From an uncultured virus (IMG/VR IMGVR_UViG_3300024351_000022) (lineage: Duplodnaviria; Heunggongvirae; Uroviricota; Caudoviricetes): a stretch of 64,000 nucleotides of DNA. Both the position numbers and the translations under genes were made by a program. Positions 18,808-28,591 of this stretch are shown piece after piece. The notes beneath the pieces are model-generated. The model was not told the origin of the DNA. It did no database searches and saw only the letters and a program-made list of their open reading frames with translations. Every line of letters begins with the position of its first letter. The first letter of the stretch is position 1. The DNA lies in IMG/VR virus record IMGVR_UViG_3300024351_000022, one strand, 5' to 3'.

Positions 18808-19563
18808 CTTGCGCCGTTTCACCTTGTCGCGTTGAGCGGTGGCAAAGACTCTACTGCGCTCGCTCTTGAGTTGCGCGAACGCCATCCTGAAATCCCGTTC
18901 CGCTACTACATCACGCCGACAGGATGGGAACTGCCGGAAATGTTCGACTGGTGGCAAGAGCTTGGCGAAAGACTCGGATCGAAGATCATCCCTGTGATGC
19001 ACACAAGCCTTGGAGAGTGCATCAGAAACAACAAGATGCTCCCGAACTTCCGCGCTCGGTTTTGCACGCGGCAAATCAAGATCGAGCCAGCCAGAAAAAT
19101 GATGGCCGCGCTCGCTGCTCAAGGCGAAGTGAATCATTACGTCGGCCTGCGGGCGGACGAAGAAACCCGCCTTGGCGGGATCTTCGATGACATCGGAATT
19201 GTGAATCGTCACCCGTTCCGCGAATGGGGCTGGGGAGTAAATGACGTGTGGCAATGTCTCCAACGTCACGGACTGGCGGAACGCATCCCTGAGCGGACAG
19301 ACTGCGACGTGTGCTATCACCAGCAAATCGGCGAATGGTGGAAGCTCTGGACGAACCACCCTGACCGCTGGATGCGTGGCGAGAATCTGGAAATCGAAGT
19401 GGGCGGCACGTTCCGCACGCCAGGACGGGACACCTGGCCGACATCAATGCGCGAACTGCGCCAAGCCTTTGAGTCCGGCAGGATACCGAAAAGCGAGCGG
19501 CAGCCGGAACTATTCTCTCGCGGAACCATGACGGGGGGCGCGTGTCGCGTGTGCTCGTTATGA
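18730..19563 (+). CDS. PAPS reductase-family (PP-loop) protein
   Basis: LSGGKDSTAL, RFCTRQIKIEP, GLRADEETR, CDVCY. Confidence 0.85.
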   Translation: MNAAPSSSVLANDSHAALIGSTALFGLAPFHLVALSGGKDSTALALELRERHPEIPFRYYITPTGWELPEMFDWWQELGERLGSKIIPVMHTSLGECIRNNKMLPNFRARFCTRQIKIEPARKMMAALAAQGEVNHYVGLRADEETRLGGIFDDIGIVNRHPFREWGWGVNDVWQCLQRHGLAERIPERTDCDVCYHQQIGEWWKLWTNHPDRWMRGENLEIEVGGTFRTPGRDTWPTSMRELRQAFESGRIPKSERQPELFSRGTMTGGACRVCSL

Positions 19564-19567
19564 ATTG

Positions 19568-19592
19568 CCCGAACAGTGTGCTTATGCACGGC
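19568..19592 (-). repeat. Terminal core site / attC half-site closing the array
   Basis: CCCGAAC exactly complements GTTCGGG at 18801; followed by an L-box-like CTTATGCACGGC with no partner arm. Confidence 0.6.
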
Positions 19593-19611
19593 AGCGCAAA
19601 CCAAAATCCAG

Positions 19612-19950
19612 ATGGGACTGAAACGTAAAGGATTACAGGCACGCGCCGTCAAGCGGAAGGCGCTGTCGCGCAACCAGGTTGCGGCCAAAGAGAGGCTTCG
19701 CAAAGAGCGATCAGGGGGCGAGGAAGCGCTTGCTGATCGCCTCATGGCCGAGGCGGAAGATTGGGCGCGGCGGAATCCACTGCCGAAACTTCCGCCTGCG
19801 GCCAAAATCAGGATCGAGATTCCGGGGCTGCCTACCAAAGTCATCCGTGCTCGTAGGTGGCACACGGGAGAAGTGCTTGCGGGGAATCGGATCACGACCG
19901 CCAAGCAACTCGGAAGGCGCATTGGGATGCTTCTGGATCAGTTTCTTTGA
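19612..19950 (+). CDS. Basic hypothetical protein upstream of terminase
   Basis: ORF MGLKRKGLQAR... Confidence 0.5.
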   Translation: MGLKRKGLQARAVKRKALSRNQVAAKERLRKERSGGEEALADRLMAEAEDWARRNPLPKLPPAAKIRIEIPGLPTKVIRARRWHTGEVLAGNRITTAKQLGRRIGMLLDQFL

Positions 19951-19996
19951 GTCAAGCCGCTTGCGCAGTGGGGAGCGTTTCGATAGGTAGAACAAT

Positions 19997-21775
19997 ATGA
20001 GCATCACTTTGCGCCAATCAGAGTTGGAGGAGGCTATTCGTGACCCGGCCTTTGGTTTGTGGATGTTGACCGGCGTGGAACTGGATACGTTCCAGTCCGC
20101 CGCGCTGAAGACGATGTGGTTCACCAAGGAGGTGATCGATTCCAGTGCCATCAACACGGGTAAAACGTTCCGGCTCATTGGGTGGTGTATCCTGCGGGCG
20201 GTCCTGCTGCCGAATCCGCCGTCATTCCGATATCCCGGCCGCCTCATCGGGGCGTTTTACCAGGAGAAGGGATCGGTGGCGGAAATTTTCGTGAAGGAGA
20301 TGGATGCCATGATCTCCTTGCCGGGCGCTGGTTTGCTGCGGCGCGAGCTGAAGCGCCAGGTGCGCGGCCGGCTCGGCTACCACGAGGATGAGAACACGAT
20401 CAATTACCATTTCAGGAATGGCTCCTGCATCAGTGCTCCGGCGCTGAATGTGATGAGGAAATCAAAGACGATGGCGGGCCGCAGATACAGTGATGGCTAC
20501 GTGGAGGAATACACGCAAATCGACTCGGACTCGGATGCGCTGGATGAGCAGGTGCTGGACCGTGTGAACCGCGTGGATTTCAATCCGAAACACCCGGTAT
20601 GGTCGCCGCACATCATCCTTTCGGCCCACGCGGAGTGTCCGGACTCGCACCCGTCCTATGCGCGGATCAAGCAATACAGGGAGCTGATCCGCAATGGATC
20701 GCAAGACCACGCATTGATCACCTCCAGCTCGGAGGACTGGAGCGATAGGAATCCCCTTTTCAAGGTGAAGCGCGAGAAGGCGCTGGCGGACAGGCATCGA
20801 GACTCGCTGAAGCAGGGCAAGGCGAAGGTGGCGCAGAAGCACAAGGGTTTGTGGCTGGCTGGTGGGGCGGATTGGTATGACAACGATTTCCGCGACCACT
20901 GCCTGTGCATGGACATCCTACCCGAAAGCAAGGCCATGCCGGGGGCGCTCTATGCGCTGGGCTGGGACACGGCATCCAGCGGCGGGGAGAAGGCGGACTG
21001 GAATGCCGGTGTCACCTGCCGGGCGATTCCGGTGACGGTCAGGCAGCTCGGGCAGCCGGGGGTGATGCCCTTCGAGAATGGAACCTACTATCATATCTCC
21101 TTCACGCATGCCATCGGTGCGCTGGACAAGCGCTCTGCGGAATGCTCCGGGATCATCCATACGCTGCATCGGTGGTTTGGTTACAGCCGAATCGTCATGG
21201 ACGGCGGTGGCGGCGGGCAGATGGTCAAGAAGGATTTGTGGAGATCCGAGCAGATCATCGAGGGAGTGATGGAGCAGGGCGTGGTTGGCCTGTGCGAGTG
21301 GGGCATGGAGCACGTGTATCCCTCGTGCTTGCCCATCATCCAGGAGTTCAAGCCGACCGCTCCGCGTTTGCTGCACACGTGGGACCCGGGCTTCACGCGG
21401 GGCATGGATGGTTTGGTGGATAACATGCACCGGAAAATGCGGGATGCTTTCGAGACCAGGACCGTGGCCTGGCCAGCCACGGCCGAGATGCGCGGCGCGG
21501 CGGGGATGCGCGGCATGGGGAGAAAGGAGAGGGAGGCGCAGGAGTGGCTGGATCGGGCGTGGGGGCAGTTTGGCTCCGTGCGCATCCGTGCAGAGAAGGA
21601 TGGCCGGGCAAAGCTTACGAGTAATGGGTTCCATTCCTTCGAGGCGAAGGGTAAGCGAAAGAAGGACCTCGCTTACGCGGCGCTCTATGCGTTCATCGGC
21701 ATCATCTCACTGATCACGGACCCTGAGGTGGGGGGGGGTGAGTCGGCGGATGACGAGGATATGTATTCGAGCTGA
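19997..21775 (+). CDS. terL: Terminase large subunit
   Basis: Walker A INTGKT, GYVEE Walker B-like, RNase H-like LGWDTA, IVMDGGGGG, KDLAYA; precedes the portal. Confidence 0.8.
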   Translation: MSITLRQSELEEAIRDPAFGLWMLTGVELDTFQSAALKTMWFTKEVIDSSAINTGKTFRLIGWCILRAVLLPNPPSFRYPGRLIGAFYQEKGSVAEIFVKEMDAMISLPGAGLLRRELKRQVRGRLGYHEDENTINYHFRNGSCISAPALNVMRKSKTMAGRRYSDGYVEEYTQIDSDSDALDEQVLDRVNRVDFNPKHPVWSPHIILSAHAECPDSHPSYARIKQYRELIRNGSQDHALITSSSEDWSDRNPLFKVKREKALADRHRDSLKQGKAKVAQKHKGLWLAGGADWYDNDFRDHCLCMDILPESKAMPGALYALGWDTASSGGEKADWNAGVTCRAIPVTVRQLGQPGVMPFENGTYYHISFTHAIGALDKRSAECSGIIHTLHRWFGYSRIVMDGGGGGQMVKKDLWRSEQIIEGVMEQGVVGLCEWGMEHVYPSCLPIIQEFKPTAPRLLHTWDPGFTRGMDGLVDNMHRKMRDAFETRTVAWPATAEMRGAAGMRGMGRKEREAQEWLDRAWGQFGSVRIRAEKDGRAKLTSNGFHSFEAKGKRKKDLAYAALYAFIGIISLITDPEVGGGESADDEDMYSS

Positions 21776-21860
21776 GCCGAACGTTCGGCTTGGTTTCGGG
21801 TGTTCTGCCCGGCGGAACAAACCTTGACCTTTGGGCGGAGTTCGTGCATGGGGATGGCCG

Positions 21861-23408
21861 ATGACCATTCATGCCGGTGGAGATGGGGAGGATCGCAAGC
21901 GCCAGATCGGCATGGCCGTGATGGCGATGAACGAGGCGCTGGCATCCCGTTACGCTCAGGAGGAGGCGGAGTTTATCGCGGGAGAGGCTGCGATCATGGC
22001 GTCATCCCCCATGGATCTTTCCTGTGGGGACTTGTGTGGCGTGGCGCTCACCGGCGGGACGGGGAGATCCATGATGGAAATCCAGAAGTTCCGCAGGAAT
22101 TTCTATGGGGAGACCCCGCGAAATCTGTTTCGTTTTGCCCGCTTGCAGGCGGAGCGGAACTGGTTTGTGCGGCCGGTGGTGGAGGACACGCTTGCGATTT
22201 TCAATCACGGTTTCGACGTGCAGGGGGCGGAGGCCAAGAAGTGGCTCAGGGACACGCGGACGAATCTGCCGAAGCTGCCGCTGGCGAGGATTGCCCGCGA
22301 GGCGATGTATGAATACCTCGTGAATACCAACGTGGTGGCCATGTGGCGGCGGGCATCGAGGGAGGGAGCGGTGCCCTACGTGATGATTCTGGATACCAGC
22401 ACCGTGGAGTATGAGATGGTCGCCGGGGCGCGAATGATCAAGGTGGACTACTCGACATCCCGGCGGAGGAAACTCCCGGAGAACATGAAGACAGTCCTGG
22501 GGGAAAGGGCATTCAAGGCCATCGTGGGAGGGAAGAGGCTGGAGATTTCGGAAGGGGATCAGGAGTGGGACTTCGAGGTGCTGACCGGCGGGGTGGAGTC
22601 CTCATTTGCGGTTCCTGCGGTGACCGTGATCCAAGACGATCTTGAGTTTGTGGAGGCGGTCAAGGTCGGTGACTGGAACGGGGCTTATCGCCGCCGCATC
22701 ACCTTGCTGCACGCCACCAAGGGCTACGGGGTGCAGAGCGGGACAAACGCGGGCAGCGTGCGGACCCATGCCAAGCGGGGGCAGTTGCAGTCCATCAATG
22801 AGTGGATGAAGAAGCTCAACGGGCACCACAACATGGCGACGAACTTCGACCAGGATTTCAAGAACATCACCTTCCCGGCCGAGTTCTTCAAGGATGACAT
22901 CGTAGCGCCATCGCTTGCTCGCCTGCTGTTGTTCGGCGGCATTCCGGCGGTGGCTCTGCTGAAAAGCGAATCGCAGATCAATGGGGTATCCCCCTATCTC
23001 ATGCTGATTCTGCGTGCCAGGGCGTTCGAGTTCCGCCGCCGCTTCCAGTGGTTCCTTCACAGGATCTTCAATGCGGAGTCATTCATCGGGCGCATGGGCG
23101 ATGCTCCGCCGCTGGTCCCGGAGTGGTCCGACCGTCTTCTTTACACGATCAAGGAGATGCAGGAGCGGACCCAAACCTTGCGAACCTCGGGTGCGAGTCG
23201 CAGGACCTTGCGGGAGGAAGCCGGTCTGAATCACGCGGAGGAATCGCGGCGCAACCGTGATGAGATCCAAGATCCGGATGCCGTGGTCCCCGTCTTCGAG
23301 GACAATCAGGGACTTTCTCAAGCCCGCTACCCGGGCATCTATCCGGTGGCGGCAGGTCAAAGCTCAGGGTCTCAGGGAGATCCAGGCCGACCATCCGCCC
23401 AAGCCTGA
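21861..23408 (+). CDS. Portal protein (putative)
   Basis: About 515 aa directly after the terminase, helical. Confidence 0.65.
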   Translation: MTIHAGGDGEDRKRQIGMAVMAMNEALASRYAQEEAEFIAGEAAIMASSPMDLSCGDLCGVALTGGTGRSMMEIQKFRRNFYGETPRNLFRFARLQAERNWFVRPVVEDTLAIFNHGFDVQGAEAKKWLRDTRTNLPKLPLARIAREAMYEYLVNTNVVAMWRRASREGAVPYVMILDTSTVEYEMVAGARMIKVDYSTSRRRKLPENMKTVLGERAFKAIVGGKRLEISEGDQEWDFEVLTGGVESSFAVPAVTVIQDDLEFVEAVKVGDWNGAYRRRITLLHATKGYGVQSGTNAGSVRTHAKRGQLQSINEWMKKLNGHHNMATNFDQDFKNITFPAEFFKDDIVAPSLARLLLFGGIPAVALLKSESQINGVSPYLMLILRARAFEFRRRFQWFLHRIFNAESFIGRMGDAPPLVPEWSDRLLYTIKEMQERTQTLRTSGASRRTLREEAGLNHAEESRRNRDEIQDPDAVVPVFEDNQGLSQARYPGIYPVAAGQSSGSQGDPGRPSAQA

Positions 23409-23433
23409 AAAAACATCAACGACCACTAACACC

Positions 23434-24396
23434 ATGCCGAACCAGAAATTTCCCGTCCTCGCGGTTGACCTGCGGACCATTGCTGCAAACGACCCTCTTT
23501 GGAAGGGTCTGCAACCGGACAGCAACAAGGCGTATGTGGGCTTCCGCATTTGCAAAAGCCTGCCCTATGTCTCCGGGCCTGAAATGCACGGCCGATATTT
23601 CGGCATGCACCCGCAGGTCTTGGCGGACTCCTACCTTTCCCTGCTCCACCAGCAAACCAATCTCCGCCACCTGCTCAAAGCCTACGGCGCGAATGAAGAC
23701 CGCATCGTGGGCACGGTGGTCGGCGTCGCTTTCCCCGAAAAGCGCGGCAGCAAATGGGAGATCCCTGGCAGCGAGGCGGATGCGCCGATGATCGACGTGG
23801 TGGCCGTGCTGCACAAAAAAGCGGCGGGCGTCGCGAAGTTGCTGGGAGACCACCAATCCAACAGGCTTCCGCAATCGGTTTCCATCGAGGCGGTTTCCAA
23901 GACGGTGCTGATCTACAACCCGGGGGATGGCAGCTTTGTGACCATTCAGGAAGCGGTGGGGAAATACGGCGACAAGGTCGTCTATCGGGATGAAGAGAAA
24001 GGCTGGCAGGCTGGCAAGGATGCGGACGGGCATCAACTGGTGTTTCTCCAAGGAGGCTTGGATGGGAAGGTGGATTTCGAGGGCGTGGGCTACACGCCGA
24101 ACCCGGCCGAGAAGGCGGCGCACATCACCGAGATTCGTGCCGAGCTGGAAGATGGCTGGCGTGTGGCAGCCATGGCATCCATGGAGTGGGAGCCGGGCAT
24201 GGAAGTGCAGTGGCACCCCATCCTTTCCTCGGATGCCGGTGGCGGAGAGATCATCGAAGTCATCACCGAGGGTGAGCATTGGGTCTCCGGGGAGAAGGTG
24301 GCGGCAGATGCCGTCCATCCAGTGCTGCGGGTCAAGGTTCGCGGCAAGAAGCTGGAGGTGCTCAGGACGGCGGCGTTCGTTCAGAAAAAATCCTGA
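23434..24396 (+). CDS. Putative prohead protease / head maturation protein
   Basis: Position; NLRH...RIVGTV...QSVSIE resembles HK97-type protease motifs. Confidence 0.55.
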   Translation: MPNQKFPVLAVDLRTIAANDPLWKGLQPDSNKAYVGFRICKSLPYVSGPEMHGRYFGMHPQVLADSYLSLLHQQTNLRHLLKAYGANEDRIVGTVVGVAFPEKRGSKWEIPGSEADAPMIDVVAVLHKKAAGVAKLLGDHQSNRLPQSVSIEAVSKTVLIYNPGDGSFVTIQEAVGKYGDKVVYRDEEKGWQAGKDADGHQLVFLQGGLDGKVDFEGVGYTPNPAEKAAHITEIRAELEDGWRVAAMASMEWEPGMEVQWHPILSSDAGGGEIIEVITEGEHWVSGEKVAADAVHPVLRVKVRGKKLEVLRTAAFVQKKS

Positions 24397-24500
24397 GATT
24401 GTCTCAAAAATGATTGACGCCTGAAAACAACCTCTTCAATACCCCAAATTGTTCCGCTTGGAAGAACAAACACGAATCCGAAACAAAGCCTCATTTTACC

Positions 24501-25238
24501 ATGAATCCTCTCAAGCTCCTTCTCGAAGAACTGGCCCGCACCCATCAGGAACTCACGACTCGCGCCAACAAGGCGATTGCGGGCCTGGGCGACATCGAAA
24601 AGTATCAGGTCGCCGGGAATGTGACATCCGCTCTCCGTGAGCTTGAGTGGCTGGGCAACCGCCTGGAGGATCTGGGCAATGTCTGGGCCGAGCGGGTCGG
24701 CGAGGTGGAAGGCTACGTCAGTGCTTATGACGGCTCCACCATCGCCGCCGCCATCACCGCCGGGACGGTGATCAAGAAGGAGGACCACGACACTCTCATC
24801 ACCGCCGCCGAGGAGAAGGGCAAGACCGAGGCTGAGACGGCCTTCCGCGCCGAACAGCAGCGAGTGGCTGCCGCCCAAGCCCGCCGCACGGCGCTGGCCG
24901 AGGAGATCGGTGTCACGGCCGCCAATGCCCTCGCGCTCGAAGACCTCACGGCGGCCGATGTCGAAGATCGTGTCACCGCATTCAAGGGCCGGGTGACGGC
25001 GCTCAAAGACGCGAAGATGGACCCGGAGAAATTCTCTGCGGCTTACGTGGATCTTCTCGCCTCCTGCCCTCTGACCGAGGACGGGCAAAAGCAATTCGAC
25101 AAGCGGCTTGACGCCTTCCGCCCCCTCCTGACCGCCACGCCTGCGGCTCCTGCCAAGCCGGGTGACGAGCACCAGGAGAAGCCTCCCGGTGAAGTCCGCG
25201 CCGAGGGCGAAGGCGGCAAGAAGACCATGCGCTTCTGA
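24501..25238 (+). CDS. Putative scaffold protein
   Basis: Ala/Glu-rich coiled coil before the capsid genes. Confidence 0.6.
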   Translation: MNPLKLLLEELARTHQELTTRANKAIAGLGDIEKYQVAGNVTSALRELEWLGNRLEDLGNVWAERVGEVEGYVSAYDGSTIAAAITAGTVIKKEDHDTLITAAEEKGKTEAETAFRAEQQRVAAAQARRTALAEEIGVTAANALALEDLTAADVEDRVTAFKGRVTALKDAKMDPEKFSAAYVDLLASCPLTEDGQKQFDKRLDAFRPLLTATPAAPAKPGDEHQEKPPGEVRAEGEGGKKTMRF

Positions 25239-25280
25239 TAACGAGCAAACAACAAATCACACCCATCCTTCCTACCGATC

Positions 25281-25799
25281 ATGAATACCAAGCGCCTCGC
25301 GGAAATCCGCACTCCTGCCCCCGGTCCGGGGATCAATGGTCTCGTCCAAGCCGCCCTTGCCTACGGCATCATGGTGGCCTACGAGTCGGACTCCACCCCG
25401 GAGAACCAGCGCAAGCTGGTCTTGGCCAACGGTCAACCCGGGTTCTTCCTCGACACCCGCACGCTCTCCCGGGCGGATTGGGATGCCTACATCCTCGGCA
25501 AGGACATGCAGTTCACCAACGAGCTGCGCACGCCCATCCCGGTGGGGGAAAATGCCACCGCTCGCGATTGGGTGGCGGTGGAAGTGGAGGGGACGGACTA
25601 CGTCGATACCACCAACCTCACTGGTTCCACGGACGCCAAGACTCCGCTGAAGCTGGTCAATGGCAAGTGGACGCCATGCACGGCCAATGGCGACATCATC
25701 TCCGGGATCTTGGAGCGGAAGCTCTCGCCCGTGGTGGCGGCGAACACCACCCGGTTCTTCATCCGCAACTTCCAAGGGGTCTTCGCTGAAACCGCCTGA
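25281..25799 (+). CDS. Putative head decoration protein
   Basis: 172-aa beta-rich ORF immediately before the capsid gene. Confidence 0.55.
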   Translation: MNTKRLAEIRTPAPGPGINGLVQAALAYGIMVAYESDSTPENQRKLVLANGQPGFFLDTRTLSRADWDAYILGKDMQFTNELRTPIPVGENATARDWVAVEVEGTDYVDTTNLTGSTDAKTPLKLVNGKWTPCTANGDIISGILERKLSPVVAANTTRFFIRNFQGVFAETA

Positions 25800-25847
25800 T
25801 CACCAGCTCACGCACCACCCTAACTGAATCACCTGCCATCATCTCCC

Positions 25848-27164
25848 ATGAAAAACAACGCCTCTACTCTCCTCATCCCGGACAAGCCGCTCGCCGGAAA
25901 GGCTGCCGCTGCTGCTGCCGACCACGTGAACGCGCTCCGCACTTTGGCGGCGGCGAAGCTGAACCCGCCCAAGGATCGTGGCGTGGAAAAATCCCGCCGC
26001 ATGAAGATCGCGGAAGCGGAGACGCTCTTCACGAATCTGGCGCTGCGGGCCAGCATCATCAACCCGAACGGTCGGGGGCAGGAACTCAAGGAGTATTTCG
26101 AGGGCTGCATCGAGGACTTGCACTCCGAGGATGCGCTTCGCACCCGCGCCGAGGTGCTGGAGGCTGCCCGTGGCGGTGACCAGGAGGCCATCGCCCAGCG
26201 GCAGGAAGCCGTCATGACCAGTGTGCGCCATCTCATGCTGGCGGACATGGGCTGGGGCAACTTCTTCGAGATGGTGGATCTCGGTGAGGCGGATTGGCCG
26301 GTCTATGAGGTCAGTGTCCCGCAGGAGATCAGCGTTGAGGCCATCGGTCAGGACGGGAATCCTCACCAGGTTCAGGCGATCCTCGACAAGAACCAGTATC
26401 CCATCCCGCTGCGGATGATCTTCACCGAGTGGTTTGAGTATGATCTCCGCGACCTGTATCGCGGTTCGGGAGTGCGCGACATTTCGCTCCAGCAGGTGGA
26501 TCTTGCTCGTGACTTCAACTACGCGATTGATGCCTTGCTCGCCAGCTACGTGCTGGTGGGTGGGGCCAACAGCCGCCTGACCGCCACCTTCGACACCACG
26601 AATGCTGACAAGAAGCTGCGCGACTATGTGGCACACAGCCGCGTGAACACCGCCAACTTCCCTGTCGGCAACCTCGTGACGCTGGGCACCAACTCGACCA
26701 CGACCAACTTCCGCAAGGAGGTGCTGGACGCCGCCCTCGAGTACTGCGAGCGCTGGGGTGCTGACGTGGATGGCAGCGGCCCGCTGAACGTGGTGGAGAT
26801 CCGCGTGTGCTCCAAGGACGTGGGTGCCTGGCGCGGTCAGGTCACGCTCACCTCGGAGATGAATTCGCTCACCTCGCAAATCTTCGATACCGGCGTGGTG
26901 ATGAACTACGCTGGCAAACGCTTCATCCTCGTGGGGGACAACACCATCAACCCGAACGATGGCGTTGCCTACTTCCGCTTGAACAAGCCCATCGGGATGC
27001 AGTTCGAGAAGCCATCGTTTGCCGAGGTCATCATTGACGAGTCGGCCGAGCGTCGCCGCGAGCAAGGCAAGGGCCGCATGTGCCAAGGTTCGGCCTTCGG
27101 CTGGGCGCTGCCGCTGCCGCTCCGCAAGAACGTTCTGGGTGTCCGCTATCGCACGCCGAGCTGA
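25848..27164 (+). CDS. Major capsid protein (putative)
   Basis: 438 aa, strongly biased codons, position in the head module. Confidence 0.7.
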   Translation: MKNNASTLLIPDKPLAGKAAAAAADHVNALRTLAAAKLNPPKDRGVEKSRRMKIAEAETLFTNLALRASIINPNGRGQELKEYFEGCIEDLHSEDALRTRAEVLEAARGGDQEAIAQRQEAVMTSVRHLMLADMGWGNFFEMVDLGEADWPVYEVSVPQEISVEAIGQDGNPHQVQAILDKNQYPIPLRMIFTEWFEYDLRDLYRGSGVRDISLQQVDLARDFNYAIDALLASYVLVGGANSRLTATFDTTNADKKLRDYVAHSRVNTANFPVGNLVTLGTNSTTTNFRKEVLDAALEYCERWGADVDGSGPLNVVEIRVCSKDVGAWRGQVTLTSEMNSLTSQIFDTGVVMNYAGKRFILVGDNTINPNDGVAYFRLNKPIGMQFEKPSFAEVIIDESAERRREQGKGRMCQGSAFGWALPLPLRKNVLGVRYRTPS

Positions 27165-27334
27165 TCACCCTTCACCCTTTACCCACACTCCCTACTGATG
27201 CACCGATGACCCGATGATCCGTCCGTCCCTGTTTCTGGGTTTTGCAGGGGCGGGCGGGTCAAAGGTGGGGAGAGAATCGCAAGCGCAAAAAGGAAACCCG
27301 GAATCCCATTTTCCATTTCACCTACCTCACTACC

Positions 27335-28180
27335 ATGAAGCTCAATCTCGGACCATTCACCCAGGCGCAGCAGGCACTCGTCATGAAGCCTGAACTCGGG
27401 CTGGAAACGCAAATCTACTTCGCTCCGGAGGAAGGCGTGCTGCTTGGCAGCTTCCTGGCCAGCGGTGCTACTGCCGGGGGCTACACCAGTGCTGGCGGCC
27501 CGCAGATCCCCACGGGTGGGCGGGATGTCATCGCCGTGATTTCCTCGCCGAATGGAGCGGTGGGCGTGGGTGCCATGAGCCTGACGATGTCCGTGGTTCT
27601 CGCGGATGATGCCGTGGATACGGCCGTGGCGGACTTCACCGTCCCGTCTTACGCTCAATATCAGGGCAATGTCTGGGGCTTCGGTGTCGCCCGGGATCTT
27701 ATCCCTGCCACCCCCGCGAATGCGGCCAAAAAGGTCAAGAGCATCACCGCCTTCAGTGCGTGCGCCAATCTCGCGAGCGGCATCCGCATTGATCTCTACG
27801 CGGTGCCGGATGCGGCATCCTACTTCCCCATCGGGAACACCACATCCAAGGAGCTGCCGAGCGATGCTCCGGTGCAAGTGGCCATCCCGGAAGGTTATGA
27901 TCCTGCGGCCTTCACCAAGGTGGGCCGTGGTGAAATCCCGAACCTCTCGATTGGTTTCCGCTACAAAGGTCTGCACGACCAACTCACGCGCTTCAATGGC
28001 GTCCCCGGCACGCTCCGTGCGGATGTGGTCAAGGAGGGTGTGGTCACCACGGAACGCCACTTGTTCATGGGCTTCCGGCCGATGATCAGCGTGGCTCGCG
28101 GCGACGGCAATGAAGAGGTCACCGCCACGGCGGCCGGGGTCTATCGCACCCAGGCATGCGGCTACGGTCTCGGTGCCTGA
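27335..28180 (+). CDS. Putative major tail/structural protein
   Basis: 281 aa, beta-rich, biased codons, after the capsid gene. Confidence 0.55.
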   Translation: MKLNLGPFTQAQQALVMKPELGLETQIYFAPEEGVLLGSFLASGATAGGYTSAGGPQIPTGGRDVIAVISSPNGAVGVGAMSLTMSVVLADDAVDTAVADFTVPSYAQYQGNVWGFGVARDLIPATPANAAKKVKSITAFSACANLASGIRIDLYAVPDAASYFPIGNTTSKELPSDAPVQVAIPEGYDPAAFTKVGRGEIPNLSIGFRYKGLHDQLTRFNGVPGTLRADVVKEGVVTTERHLFMGFRPMISVARGDGNEEVTATAAGVYRTQACGYGLGA

Positions 28181-28215
28181 TCCGACTTCGTCTTACCCCT
28201 GACATCTGATTTCCC

Positions 28216-28455
28216 ATGAAGAATGAATCTGCTGATGCTCCCGCCGCTCCTGCGGCCAAGGCTGCCAAGGGTGGTGAGTGGTTGCCGGTGACCGACCAGC
28301 AACCCAAGTTTCACCAACCGTGCGAGGTGAAGCGCCCCGGCGAGACCGAGCGGCCTCGCGTGGTTCGCAAGCCCGAGGGCTGGTATGCGGTGGGGGAGGA
28401 TGGCTCGCCCGGCGCGATCATCGCCTTCGAGCCTACCGAGTATCGCGTTTGTTGA
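28216..28455 (+). CDS. Small hypothetical protein
   Basis: ORF before the terminator. Confidence 0.55.
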   Translation: MKNESADAPAAPAAKAAKGGEWLPVTDQQPKFHQPCEVKRPGETERPRVVRKPEGWYAVGEDGSPGAIIAFEPTEYRVC

Positions 28456-28482
28456 TCTCCCTGGTTGTATGGAATCATGGCC

Positions 28483-28516
28483 AAAGGCGCGGGGGTGTTT
28501 GCCTCCGCGCCTTTTT
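28483..28516. terminator. Rho-independent (possibly bidirectional) terminator
   Basis: AAAGGCGCGGGGG...CCTCCGCGCCTTTTT between convergent genes. Confidence 0.75.
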
Positions 28517-28591
28517 CGTGCCCGGGTGGAGCGGCATGAAAAACCCCAAGCCGAACGTTCGGCTTGGGGTGGGTGATGGATCGGGGCGGGA

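Noticed and set aside
16451..19592. CRISPR array or simple terminators
   Set aside because: The elements differ in sequence, are separated by whole genes, lack U-tracts and have attC-type bulges
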